Shown here one piece after another: positions 50,248 through 63,545 of a DNA stretch of 64,000 bases. This DNA comes from Camelus ferus (Eukaryota). The notes under the pieces were generated by a model. It was not told the DNA's origin and ran no database searches. It saw only the letters and a program-made list of their open reading frames with translations. How positions within the stretch are numbered: the first letter of the stretch is position 1; each line of letters starts with the position of its first letter. The position numbers and the translations under genes were made by a program. The stretch is taken from assembly GCF_009834535.1 (NCBI RefSeq), contig NC_045696.1, forward strand, positions 43,960,001-44,024,000, in the 5' to 3' direction.

Positions 50248-52140
50248 GTATTCAGAATAAAATATATAGCTCTAGACATCTACATTAAAAAAAGAAAAAT
50301 CTCAAATCAATAACTTACTTTACAGAAAAAGAAAGGAAAGCTAAGCTCAAAGCTACCAGACTAAAAGGAATAATAATGATGAAAGTGGAAATAAATAAAA
50401 TGGGAAATAGAAAAACAACAAATAAAACAACAAAAAAAGTTTTACTTGAAAAGATCAATAAAAATGGCAAACTGATTTTGTTAGGTATATTTACCAAAAG
50501 CAAGGGAGATACATACTACTAAAATCAGAAATGCAATTAGAGATACTACTACCTACCTTAGAGAAGTAAAAAGAATTTTAAGAGAGTATTGTGAACACTT
50601 TTACACCAACAAATTTGGAAAACAAAACAGACTAAGGAAAAAACAGAAAATCTGAATAGAACTATGCAAAATAAAGAAATTGAATCAGTTATTTAAAAAA
50701 TAATAACAAATGCCAGAATAAAAAGATTTCACTGATGAATTCTGCCAAACATTTAAAGAAGGACTAAATCCAGTTCATCTGAAACCCTTCCAAAAAATAG
50801 ACGAGGAAGGAAGCCTTTCTAGCTCATTCTACGAAGCCAGTATTACAAGGATATCAAGGTCAGATACTTGTTTTCAACACTTCAATTCAAAATGGTACTA
50901 GAAGTTTTGGCCAGTCATGACAATAAAAATAAGCGACATCCAAATACAACAGAAGTAAAACCATCTCTATTTTTAGATAACATGATTTTATATATAGAAA
51001 ATATTATAATTAGCACAAAGAAACTGTTAGCTCTAATAAATGAATTCAACAGAATTGTGAAATACAAGGTCAACACTCAAAAATCGGTTGTAATTCTATA
51101 CACTTGCAGTGAACAAACCAAAAAGGAAATTAAGAAAGCAATTCCATCTACAATAGCATAAAAATAATTAAATACCAGGAATTAGATTAACCAAAGTGAT
51201 GCAACAACTCTACATTGAAAACTACAAAACATTGCTGAAAGAAATTAAAGAAGACATAAACAAATATAGAAATATTCCATGTTCATGGGTTGAAAGACAA
51301 TATTTTTAAGATAAAAGCAATGTTCAAATTATATACATATGGCCAACAAGCATAATAAAAGATGTACAATATTTGGTCATTAGAAAAGTGCAAATCAAAA
51401 CCACTGTAAGGTACCACTTCACAGCCACTATTATTGGTTATAATAAAGAAAAAGAAAATGTGTTAGCAAAGAAGTAGAAAATGTGGAACCTTCATTCATT
51501 GCTGGTGGGAAAATAAAATGGTTCAGCTGCTGTGGGAAACAACCATAAGTTCTTCAACAAATTAAAGATAGAATTATCATGAACTCACCAAATACTCTCC
51601 TAGATATATACCCAAAAGGATGGAAAGGAAGTGTTCAAATCAAACTTGTACACAAATGTGTGTAGTACCACTATTCAAATAGCCAAAAGGTGGAAACAAC
51701 CCAAATGCCCATCAGTGGATTAATGGATAAACAAAATTTGGTATATCCATGTGGAGGAATACTACTACTCACTTATAAAATGGAATGAAATACTACTGCA
51801 TAATACAACATGGACAGACCAAGAAAACATTATGCTAAACTAAAGAATCCAGTCACAAAAGCTACTTACCTTGTTGACTAGATTTATAAGAAATATCCCA
51901 AATCGTTAAATCTATTGAGTCAGAAAACAGTACTGTTTGCGAGGGACTGTGGGAAGGGCAAATATAGAGTGGCTGCTTATGGGTAGAAAGCTTCTGTTTA
52001 GGGTGATGAAAATGTCCTGGAACTAGATAGTAGTGATAGTTACACAGCATTGTGAATATAGTTAATACCACTGAATTGTACACTTTAACGTGATTAAAAT
52101 AGAAAAATTTATGTTGTGTATATTTTACCAAAATTAAAAC
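50248..52140 (+). mobile_element. L1MB-type element: ORF2 with several internal deletions plus complete 3' end
   Basis: ORF 50868-51161 (VLEVLA...SLFLDNMILYIEN) is L1 RT including a decayed FADD motif. The 3' end is gggtgatgaaaatgtcctggaactagatagtagtgatagttacacagcattgtgaat. Confidence 0.9.
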
Positions 52141-52771
52141 AAATCAAGTCTGTTTTCAGTATAGTTTATAGTGCTCTCTGATGGTTGGGATGAGGGAGAG
52201 GAGAAAACTGACTTCAGAATAATTGCAAGCTTATAAAAATATTAGATAAATTCTACCCTATTATTTTCTAAAGTGATGTAGGATATGGGATTTGCTGAGA
52301 AATTTAGACTACATTTATATGTAACCAAGACTTCCACTCCTAATGTAGGCAAACTTAAAGTGTCTTTCACCTTCTTTCTCATTATACCTTTTCCCTGGCA
52401 TTACTTTGCCTTATGCTAAGCCTCTGGATTGTTACAGGCACCTACTGAATCCTGTGTTTGCTGAAACACCTCATTCAAGAGATTTTTTTATCCTTCCTCA
52501 TCAAAACTCCTTTGTTACATCATATTCTCTCAGGGCGCTGCGCTTCGGAGACAACTTTATAAGCCAACTAATGGAAATATATTAGTGACTGAAGAATCCA
52601 ATTGACAATTCAATTAAATAAGCACATTGTGTAGCTTTTCTGGTCAAGCAAAAGTTCAAGTTTGGTTTGGAACATAAATTAAGTATAATACAGATACTAT
52701 AATAAAAAAAACAATGATTTAACAGGATGGGAAAGACATATTATACCACGCAGAATAAAAACATGCCCCTA

Positions 52772-52830
<59 letters not shown>

Positions 52831-52837
52831 TAATAAT
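52772..52837. repeat. (AAT)22 microsatellite with one AAC interruption
   Basis: Seen directly; sits at the tail of a MIR. Confidence 0.95.
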
Positions 52838-53080
52838 GTATGTTTATTGAGTATTTACTTTGTTCCAAGAATGTTGCTTAACACTTTCATCCATTATCTC
52901 ATTATATTTTCAAAATTACCTAATGAATTATATCCTGATAATACTTTATTTCTACAAATGAGGAAATTTAAAAGTAAAGTTTACATGATTTACCTGAAGT
53001 CACTTATTTAGTAAGTGGGAGAATGGAATTTGAACCCATACATATCTAATCTTAAAGCTTACTCTTCATTGAACCCATCA
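52838..53080 (-). mobile_element. MIR SINE
   Basis: tttattgagtatttactttgttcc...atttctacaaatgaggaaatt...ggaatttgaaccca. Confidence 0.8.
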
Positions 53081-53990
53081 TATTGTCTTACTCTTTCTAA
53101 TTCATTAGAAGTGCATATAGAAAATACAGATTTACCATGTAATTTTCTTTTTTTTGTGTGTTTTCATCCAAACTCCATTTTAAACCTCCATTCTACAAGT
53201 TAGGGAGTAGTCCCAGCCAACTGAAAATGTTTTCTTCAGATTGTTTCTGAATTCAAATTGTTTCCAGAAGTATGTGAGTGTGAAGCAAATTATCTTAGGC
53301 ATTCAATCAGAGTCTTCCTTTCTTCATTGTGTCATTGAATTTGATGTCATTATTCTATTCTGAATTTTAATTTATGATCTGTACAGGTCCCTGCTGTGTT
53401 GTCTCTTTATCCTTTTCTGAAGTTTCCTTGGATCCACCTCACCTTTGTCAAAGAATGGAGGCTTTGGGCCATAGAAATCTCACATAGATGTTTAGCATTA
53501 TTCTTTACTTAATATTAAAAAAATAGAATTTTACCAGATAATAAATATATACATTTTTATCTCTTCAAGAGTCTTGTACTTTTTGCATCTCTTCAGCATT
53601 CCCATTAAGGAACAGAGTAAGTAATTTTACATCCATTTTACAGATGAGAAAATTGTGGCTTTCCATATCAAGTAACTTTCTGAATGCTATATGACTAAAA
53701 TCTAGTAGAATGGGGAAAATAGCCAAATTTTTTGTGTTACCAGTTTAGAACTTTGAAAGTAAAATAAAAGCACTGTGGATATTCATCAAAGGAAGAGATA
53801 TGCATGGTCAGGATTGTGAAGTAGGTAGAGAATGGAGTCTTTAAAATAAGAGCAGAAGAGGCTTTATGAAAAAAGTACTAATTGAAGTAGATAGTGAAAA
53901 AAAATAGGAGGAGAAAATTTTAACATCAGAAGGACTGGAATGAGTAAGAGGGTGGAGGGGAAGAGATGGTTGTTAAAAAAGAATTGAAAA

Positions 53991-55240
53991 TTGGGGTTCA
54001 TGTATCTTTTTGAATTAAGATTCACTCTGGATATATGCTCAGGAGTGGGATTGCTGGATTATACGGTAAATCTATTTAGTCTTTTGAGGAATCTCCAGAC
54101 TGTTTTCCATAATGGCTGCACATAAGTACATTTCTACCAACAGTGTAGGAGGGTTCCCTTTTCTCCACAGCTTCTCCAGCATTTATCATTTGTAGCTTTT
54201 GAATGATTGCCATTCTGACTGGTGTAAGGTGATACCTCATTGTAGTTTTGATTTGCATTTCTCTGATAATTAGTGATACTGAGCATTTTTTCATGTGCCT
54301 ATCAGCCATTTGTATGTCTTCATTGGAGAATTGCTTGTTTAGGTCTTCTGCCCATTTTTGGATTGGGTTGGTGTTTTTTTCTTGTTAAGTTGCATGAGCT
54401 GTTTGTATATTCTGAAAATTAAGCCCTTGTCAGTCTCATCTTTTTCAAATATTTTCTCCCATTCCATAGGTTGTCTTTTTGTTTTGCTTATAGTTTCCTC
54501 TGCTGTGCAAAAGCTTACAAATTTAAAGAGGTCCTATTTGTTTATTTTTACTTTTATTTCTATTGCCTGGGTAGACTGCCCTAGGAGAACATTACTAAGA
54601 TTTATGTCAGCAAATGTTTTGCCTATGTTTTCTTCACCCCAATGTTCATAGCAGCATTATTTATAATATCCAAGACATGGAAACACCCTAAATGTCCATC
54701 AACAGATGACTGGATAAAGAAGCTATGGTATATTTATACAATGGTATACTACTTAGCCATAAAAAGTAATAAAATAATCCCATTTTCAGCAACATGGATG
54801 GATCTGGAGATTGTCATTCTAAGTGAAGTAAGTCAGAAAGAGAAAGAAAAATACTATATGATATCACTTATATGTGGAATCTAAAAAAAAAAAAAAAAAA
54901 AGACGAACTTATTTACAAAACAGAAACAGACTCACAGACATAGAAAACAAACTTACGGTTACCAGAGGGTAAAGGGTGCAGGAAGGGATAAATTGGGAGT
55001 TCCAGATTTGCAGATACTAACTAATACATATAAAATAGATGAACAAGTTCATACTGTATTGCACAGGGAACTATATTCAATGTCTTGTAGTAACATACGG
55101 TGAAAAAGAATATGAAAATGAATATATGTACGTTCATGTATGACTGAAGCATTATGCTGTACACCAGAAATTGGCACAACATTGTAAACTGACTATACTT
55201 CAATAAAAATATATATACAAAAAATAAATTAAAAAATTTT
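53991..55240 (+). mobile_element. Young L1 with 5' inversion: 53991-54635 minus, 54635-55240 plus
   Basis: Minus ORF 54076-54309 ([10 protein letters not shown]...) and plus ORF 54642-54884 (MFIAALF...) are adjacent parts of ORF2. AATAAA at 55202. TSD AAAAAAGAATTGAAAA (53975-53990) versus AAAAAAGAATAGGAAA (55241-55256). Confidence 0.95.
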
Positions 55241-55989
55241 AAAAAAGAATAGGAAAGAATGATACACATACTTTCCTAGGTCTTTTGCATTTAACATGGA
55301 TTTGTATTAGAGCACCTACTCTGTGTGTAAGTATTTTAATAAACAAAAAGAATCATGAACTCTGCTCCCTGTCTCCAACTAGTTTATACTCTATTTCATC
55401 AAAATTAATGTTTTGATTATGCTCCATAATACATATTTATTTTTACAGGACCCTTCTATGTTTAACTTAAAAAAAACAATTTATGGCAATACTCTATCAT
55501 ATTTAGAAGTAAAAGGAATATTTAGATCCAGGGGAGCTTTCTGAAATACCTAAATTGACATCCTGCAGACTACCATTGCAAGAAGAGACAATGTTATACA
55601 TATTCCATGGTAATAAGGCATCAATGATAAAGTAAATTAAGGAACTGATAATTTTTACAGAAAATTTAGTGGACCTTGTGTTAGGCAACCATTATATTAG
55701 AGCTACGTTACGTAAGTTGATTAATTTGATCTGCATAACCCTACTAGTTAGACATTGTTTTCCTTACTTTAGCAATAGGGAAAATATGGTTCAAATTTAA
55801 GAGTCTGTTAATAAATTAAGTTGATTGGGAATTGAATGCAAGTCTTCTAGAATCCAAAGCCCTATGGCTCTCATTTATTATAGCATATTTTCAAACATAG
55901 GAAAAAAATTGAAAGAATGGAACTTTGAGCACACATATAAACAACAATTTCAAGATTTATTAACACATTACCCTATTTATTATGTCTAT

Positions 55990-58900
55990 TTAGAGAGGTA
56001 ATTTACATTAAACGTTCACCTTTTTGGAATTAAGAATTTAATGAGTTTTAACAAATCTATATACTAATGTAAACATTATTATAATCAAGATTCAGAATAT
56101 TTCCATCACTCTGAAAATTTGCTATCGGTCCCTTTGTCCCTTTGCCCTTTAGCTGTCCATCCTTTTGTCTTATCTTGGTCCCCAGCAAATTCTTATCTAT
56201 TTTCTTTCTGTCTAGTTTCACCATTTCTTGAATGTCATATAAATAAATTCAGATTATATTTGGACTTTTGCGTCTGGTTTCTTTTACTTAACATGTTTTT
56301 GATTATCAATCATTTTGTAGCACACATCAGTAGTTCATTCCATTTTATTACTCAGTAGTATTCCATTGTTATGTACTAAAATCTTTCTTACCTATTCTCA
56401 AATTAATCAACATTTGGGATTTTTCCATTATTTAGCTATTATGAATAAAACTATTATAAATATGTGTGTACAAGTCTTTGTGGAGCCATATATTTTTATT
56501 TCTCCTGAATCTAGGAGAAATGTCACAGGATCATATGATAATTATATATAATTATATATATATATAACTTTACAAGTAACTTCCAAACTGTTTTCTAAAA
56601 TATCTACCATTTTCAGCTCTCAATTGCAATGTATGAGAGTTCCATTTTATCCACATCATCACCTAGACTTGAAACTCTCTGTCTTTAATTTTAGCCATTC
56701 TAGTGAATATATATATAGATATTGCATTGTGGTTTTAATTTACATTTTCCTGGTGTATAAAGATGGTGAACATCTTTCCATGTGCTTATTTGCCACTGGT
56801 ATATCTTTGTTGATATTTTGTATTTGAATGTTTTTCTTCTATTGTTCAGTTGTAAGAGCACTTTAAAAAATATTCTGGACACAGTTCTGTTGCCAAATTT
56901 ATGTTATTCAGATATTTTTCCACAAAAATGTCTAGTTGGAATTTGAAACTTTATTGATGTAATAGACCAGTTTTGGAAGACCTGGCATCCTAAGATTATT
57001 GAGTCATCTGTCCCATAAATATGGCATATGTTTCTGTTTACTTAGGTATTTCTTAATTTCTCTGAACAATATTTTGTAATTTTTAAGGTACAAGTCTTGT
57101 TCACTTTAGGTTAAAATTATGTCTAATTATTTCTTTTTATTTTTTAACCCTATTATACAGATACATTTTCAATTCAGTTCCAAATTTTTTTGTTGCTAGT
57201 ATATAGAAATTTGACTTTGGTATAAATATGCTGACTTTGGTGTATATATTTTTAACCTTTAGGAATGATCTTGATAACATATGTATAAATTGTAGTTGAT
57301 TATCTGTACATAGAGTAGGATCTTCTATGGGTATTTTGTTTGCTGCAAGTAATGCTTTTAATAGTTTCTTACTACTTATATGACTTTTATTATACTTACT
57401 GTCCTCATTGCATCCGGTATAGGGTTGGACAGAAGAGGTAAGACTATATATCCTTAATTTATTCCCAATCCTCATAGAGAAATATTCAGTTTTTACCATT
57501 AATTACATCAGTTGTTCATTTCTCTTAGATGTGTTTCATCAGATTGGGGAAGATCTTCTATTTCCTGTTCTCTGAAAGTCTTTTTTTTTTTTTTTCTTGA
57601 ATTGAATCAATTTTTATAATTTTGTATCTAAGTTGGTAATGTTGTTTTATTTGTTTTATTTTGTCTTTTACTGATACGGTGAATTCTACTGAACCAGTCT
57701 TGAATTCCTGCCATAACCCTTTTCCATCCCATCTTGTCTTCTTCATGATGTATTATCATTTTTCTATATTGCTAATCTCAATTTGCTAAAATTTTGTTAA
57801 GAATTTGTGTCTGTGTGTACTATTATGAAGTATATTGAGTTACAGTTCTCTTTTATTACAATTACTTTGTCTGGTATTGGTATTAGGATAATGTGAGCCT
57901 CTTAAAGTGACTTGGAATGTATCTTTTCCTTTTTTATTTTCTGGAACAAAGTGTCAAATTGGTATTTGTCTATTTAATGCATGGTAGGATTTACCAGTGA
58001 ATTGGTACCAGGAGTTTTCTTTGTGGAAAGATGTTAATTACAAAATCAAGATACATACTTTTCAGTTATCTATTTATTCCTTAGTAAGCTTTGTGTATTT
58101 AAAGGCATTTTCCATTTCATATTTTTTAGAGATATATTGGTATAGAAGTATTTATATTATTTTCATATTGTCTATTTAAACTCTGTAGAATTTGTAATAA
58201 TGTTCCCTTTTTCATTTCAGATGTTGATAATTTGAGACGTCTATTCCTTGATAAAGGCTGGAGAGAAATTTATCACTTGTAGTAATTATTTTGAAAAATG
58301 TATTTTGCTTTTTTTTACTCTATTATTGCCCTGTTTTCTATTTCATTAATTTTTTACTTTCACTTCATTTTTGCCCTCCTTTCCCTGACTTTGTGTTTTC
58401 TTTGATCATCTTTTTCTAGTTTCTCAAGTTGAAAGTTTAAATTACTGATTTGAGAGCTTTCTATTTTCTGAAATAAATATACAAACTACATACTTCTCTC
58501 TAACCATTGAATTAGAGCAATCTACAAATCTTTATATGTTGTGCTTTTATTTTTATTCTGTAAAAAATATTTTTTATTTCCTCTATGATTTCATCCCTGT
58601 GATGAATATAATTTATTTTCAAGTGAGGTCTCTAGTTTCCAAATATATCAGCATTTTCCGTATATCTACTATTGATTTTATTTTAATTCTACTATGGTCA
58701 AAATACTTGACATAGCATTTTGATTCTTTTAAATTTACTGAAGTGTTAGCATCAGACCTTTAGTGAGTGTTCTATTCGATTTGAAAATAATGTGTTTCCT
58801 GTTGTTGATTGGAACATTCTATAAATATCAATTATTAAGTCAGAGTGGCTAGCAATGTTATTCCAGTCTTCTACATCTTAAGTGATTTTCGTCTTCTTGT

Positions 58901-61830
58901 CTTATCAAAAAGACAACAGTGCCAAAATCTCAAACTATAATTGTAGATTTGCCAATTTCTTTTTTAAGTTCTATTAGTTGTTGGGTTTTTTTTTCTTTCA
59001 GTTTAAAGCTATTCTTGAGTGCATACTCATTAGGATTGTTTTATCTTCTTGATTAGTTAATCCATGATCTTTCTCTAATGGCTCTCCTTATCTCTAGTAA
59101 AATTTCCTCTGAAGTCTCCTTTGTGTGACATTAGTATAACATCCAGTTTTCTCTTGATTAGTGTTAACATGCTATAACTTTCCCCATCATTTTATGGCTT
59201 TCATTTCTTTACAGCTGAAGTGGGTTTCTTATGGATACTATACTGTTAGGGCTTACTTTTTTTTTTTAAATCAAGTCTTATATCTGCCTTTAAATGGAGC
59301 ATTTATATCATCAGACATTTAATGTAATGATTAATATAGTTGTGTTTTAAATCTATAACCTTTTTGGTTTTTTTCTCCCATTGGTTTTTATTTATTCTCC
59401 TGTGTCTGGGAATCTTTTAGATTGGTCAAACCTTTTTTTTATGCTTCTATTTTATCACCATTATTGACTAGTTAGCTATACGTTCTAATACTATTTTAAA
59501 GTTAATTACAATATACATCTGTAACTTCTCACAAAGTACCTTTAATTATTATTATACCTCTTCATACATAATGTAAGAAGTCTGCAGGAATGCCCTTTTA
59601 TTTCTTCTCTCCCTTACATTGTACTATTTTCATCAAATATTTTATTCCATGTATATTTCAAGAGAAAACTAGGATGTTATATTAATGTCACACAAAGGAG
59701 ACTTCAGAAGAAGGAATTTTATTAGAGGTAAAGAGAGTCATTATGCAAAGATAATGAGTTAACTAATTAAGAAGACACAACAACCCGAAATGAGCATCAC
59801 TTAATAATAGAGCTTTAAATAATGATAAAGAAAAAAAAATAGAACTTAAAGAAGAAACTGGCAAATCCACAATTATAGATTGAGATTTTGGAACTTCTCT
59901 CTTTGTAACTGATAGGACAAGTAGACAAAAATCACTTAAGATGTAGAAGACTGGAATAACACTACTAGCCAATCTGACCTAATTGGTATTTATAGAGCAT
60001 TCCAATCAACAACAGAAAACACATTCTTTTCAAATCAAATAGAATGCTCCCTAAACTTATGTATATTTTAAATAGTAAAAATTATTTTTGTATTTTACTT
60101 AGTTATCATTTAAGGAGATTAAAAATAAAGAAAATTCAGTTTATACTTATCCAAATTTTTACCATTTTCCATGCTCATTTTTTCTATAAATTCAAATTTC
60201 CATCACCATTCAACTATTTCTACCTAAAGAACTCCCCTTAATATTTGTTTTAGTGTGAGCGCTCGCAATGAATTTTATCCCTCTTTTTTAATATCTTTAT
60301 TTTGCTTTCATTTATGAAAGATAGTTTTATAGGCTGTAAGAATTCTAAAATATTTTTTTCCTTTTAGTACTTTAAAGACATCTCTCCATTGACATCTGAC
60401 TTAGTTTTTGGCAAGAATTTCAATTTACTGTCTGAGTAAATTTTTTTCTTTGACTTCATTCAAGATTTTTTCTTTATGTTTGGTTTTCTGCAGCCAGAAA
60501 ATTATGTGGCCATTTTTTGTGTGTTTGTTTCATTATTTTAATTTTTATTACTTTTCCTACTTGGGGTTTTCTGAGCTTCTTTGATCTATACTTGTTAAAA
60601 TCTTTCATTAATGTTGTAAAATTCTTATACATTGTCTCTTTCAGTATTTCTTATTACTTCTTTAATCTCTTCAGGGCAACAATTACAGGTGTTTTAGACT
60701 GTTTAATATTGTCTTAATACTCTCTAATTTTGTGTTCTTTTTTTTTCCCCACTTTTTGGTGTATATTTCTGTTTGGATTATTCAAGATAACTGATTTTTT
60801 TCTCTGCTATGTAGAGTATAAAAATAACTGGTAAAAATAGTCTTTTCACTAGGTTTTTAAATGCATTAATAAAATATATTTATTACAGTATTTTAAAGCC
60901 CCTTCCTAATAGTTCTACTGTGTCATTTCTAAATGTAATTGTTTTGACAGTTTTTTCTCTTGATAATGCATAAATGTTTCATGTGTGTTCCATAATTTTT
61001 AATTAATTGCCAAACATTATTTATAAAAAAAAAATGTAGTGGCCTAGGCAAGTAAACATTATATCCAGAAATGGACTCATCTCGCCTTCTGTTAGGCCAT
61101 TGGAGTGGTGAGTTCAATCAATATACTCTGGGTAGGATTTGTTTTGTAGTTGCCATGGTTACCTTAAGTGTCTGCGAGGCCTCGATCCTTTCAGTGTGGA
61201 CTGCTGCTGTTTCCTCGTACTTAGTGGGAGGGCTGCAGTGACCAAGGGTTTTCATCAGGCGGTGAACACCTGAGAAACAGAGAGGAAATGTTTTTCTAAG
61301 TTCTTCTAAGTTCATTTGACAGCTTGGATTCAAGCAAGTCCAAGAATATGAATGGGGTTGTCTAGAAACTGGCAACCTAGTTTCAAATGGTGGCATTCCT
61401 GAATGCTTGTGATATTAAAAGGGGGTCTAACAAATCTGTCACATCTCTAATATTTCTATTAGGCTCCTGATAGAAGCTTGGTGAAAAGAAATTGTCTTTA
61501 AATTAGGTATCCCTTTTTGTCTGGGTCTCCCAAAGGACTTTATCCTATCATAGTAGCCCATGCTTGGCTTTTAAGAATTTATTAAAATTTCATGGGTGTT
61601 TTTTTTTTCCCCACCATTTTTATGGTTTCCACTTCTTTCTCATATTATCTGCCAAAGTTGAGATGTTTTATGTGTCCCCATCTCTCCTCAGAGGGGTCTG
61701 ATACTCTCAAGAATTCATCTGTTACCTCTCAGCCTTAGCTCTCAGATAGGCTCAAAGTATGTCATTTTGTAGATTATTCAGGTTTTTGGTTTTTTAGTGT
61801 ATGACACTCACTTGTGGCTTTCTCCTTTTT
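55990..61830 (-). mobile_element. Long, heavily decayed ancient L1 (L1MC/MD-type) spanning 3' UTR, ORF2, ORF1 and 5' region; possibly composite
   Basis: 3' UTR ~55990-56900, ORF2 ~56950-59330 (endonuclease region 58700-59300), ORF1-like ~60250-60950, 5' region with gttgccatggttacc ~61050-61830. Confidence 0.8.
59658..60055 (+). repeat. Inverted copy of 58759-59157 (L1 endonuclease segment)
   Basis: The reverse complement aligns end to end, including a 34 bp exact match (58856-58889 versus 59928-59961). Confidence 0.92.
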
Positions 61831-62049
61831 TAAGGAGAAATTTAAAAATGCAGCCTGACAAATTACTGTTTCAAGTTCCTTTCAGTGTTGACATTTGAAT
61901 CCACATACAGAAGAATAATCATATAGATCAAAGCTTTGACAGTGTTCTATGGCCTCACTGTGTGACTAAAACATGTTTTCTTCTTAAGTAATAATGACAC
62001 AATTTTTTGAACAACTAGAAAAGGTGAGCACAGGGCTAATTGGTTTTTA

Positions 62050-62220
62050 TCCATTATTCTCATTTAATTATTAACCTAACCCCTTGAGGAAGTTGTATTA
62101 TGATCTCCATTTATTTAAAAAAAATTGTGAAATGCCTACAGATACACAGCTAAACTGTGGAATGAAAGGGATCCAGGTTATTTGATTCAGACCTGTACCC
62201 TTAATCACAAAGTAGTAAGA
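62050..62220 (-). mobile_element. MIR fragment
   Basis: tctcatttaattattaacctaacccc ttgagga...tattatgatctccattta...acacagcta. Confidence 0.55.
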
Positions 62221-63383
62221 AGTCCCCAATTAATAATCCATTCTTTTACTGTGGAAAAGTTACACATTTCTGCTTCTTTTTGTAAGTCCTGACAGAACTC
62301 TGAAGTATGTAATCATGCTAGATCTTTCAACCAAGCCTCCATAAATATGTGAACCCAGTCTCAATTTTCAGTTATGAAAACAATGCTTGTTCATGTTTTT
62401 GTATTCCTTCTTTTAATGGGACTCCTGCCACAAGTTTCAGGTTTGTGCCAGATGGTTATAAATTGAAAAACAAATAAACAGAGAAATAAAATACCCTTAT
62501 TCTTCTGCTCCCTAGCCACAAGTATCCAATAAAAACAATAGAGAGCAGATTAGTTCTGATAATTAATAGACTATTTTACCAGCTAGAATGTTTGCTTAAG
62601 AAAAATCTAGCAAAAAAGCTTTATGCAGGACTAGAGAATGAGTGTCTTTTTTATGAAGTAAGGGAAAATACCTTCCAAACAAAGGTGAAACTTAAAAAAT
62701 ATGTTTCTAGAAATGAAATAGTTTATGTCAGTTAAGTTCTAAGCAACTCATTGATACTGGAGGTTGGTTGGAGATGGTGATAGTGGAAGAGGAATTTTAC
62801 TGAACCATAAAAAATATGTCAAATGATTGAACTCTCTTTTGACCTGTTCTTCATCATTGTCAGCCTACTTTTTTCATTACATTTAAGAATTTAACAGAGA
62901 AAAGACAGAATCAATCTTCAAAAATGCCAGAAGAAAATGGATGTGTCTTCATTCCTTTTGCAAATATTCTCCCTTGTTATGAGGAAGGAAAGCCATTCTG
63001 ACAGAAAAAGTGAAGATTGTGCTCCCTGTATCTCTTTTCTTTATTCAGTCCCATCTCTCATCCTCTGTCTGCCTTGTCAAATTTCATAGTCATTCCTTTA
63101 CCTTTTCTCATTAAGCTTTTTACCATTTTTCAGATCATTCCCATTCTTCTTAACAATCTCTTTTCTTCATTCTGTTCACAAAATGCACTATATTTCATTT
63201 TTACACAGTATATATTTTCTTTTTTTCTTCACTATGACACTAATTCCTTACTTCTAAATTGAGTAATAGGAAATTGAATCACTACCTATTTCCTTCTGGT
63301 CTAAGTGAAATAGCCAAAAATCAATAACTGGAGACAGGTCAACCAAAGGCCTTGTAGGAGAATATTGATCAGGGAAGCAGCTA

Positions 63384-63386
<3 letters not shown>

Positions 63387-63444
<58 letters not shown>

Positions 63445-63545
63445 TGTGTGTCTGTGTCTGTGTGTCTGTGTGTATGTCTATGTGTGGTGTAGATTGGTAA
63501 TTGTGTGCCTGTGTATATATGATGTTTGTGTATGCATGTGTCTGT
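63387..63545. repeat. (TG)28 perfect microsatellite followed by a degenerate TG/TC tract
   Basis: Pure TG run at 63387-63443, degenerate to ~63545. Confidence 0.97.

Noticed and set aside
50230..51345. ATATACATATGG seen at ~50234 and ~51331 as a possible TSD
   Set aside because: Both are the same conserved ORF2 position in two L1 pieces; the second is better explained as an internal deletion junction.
52534..52554. Possible REST/NRSE site (GGCGCTG half)
   Set aside because: Only the first 7 bases fit; the rest of the 21 bp motif mismatches.
52727..53011. 94 aa ORF with poly-Asn
   Set aside because: Produced by the (AAT)n microsatellite running into a MIR.
61149..61162. Second X-box-like motif GTTGCCATGGTTAC
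   Set aside because: Lies in the 5' region of an ancient L1 and appears to be part of that element's sequence; imperfect half-site with no independent support.
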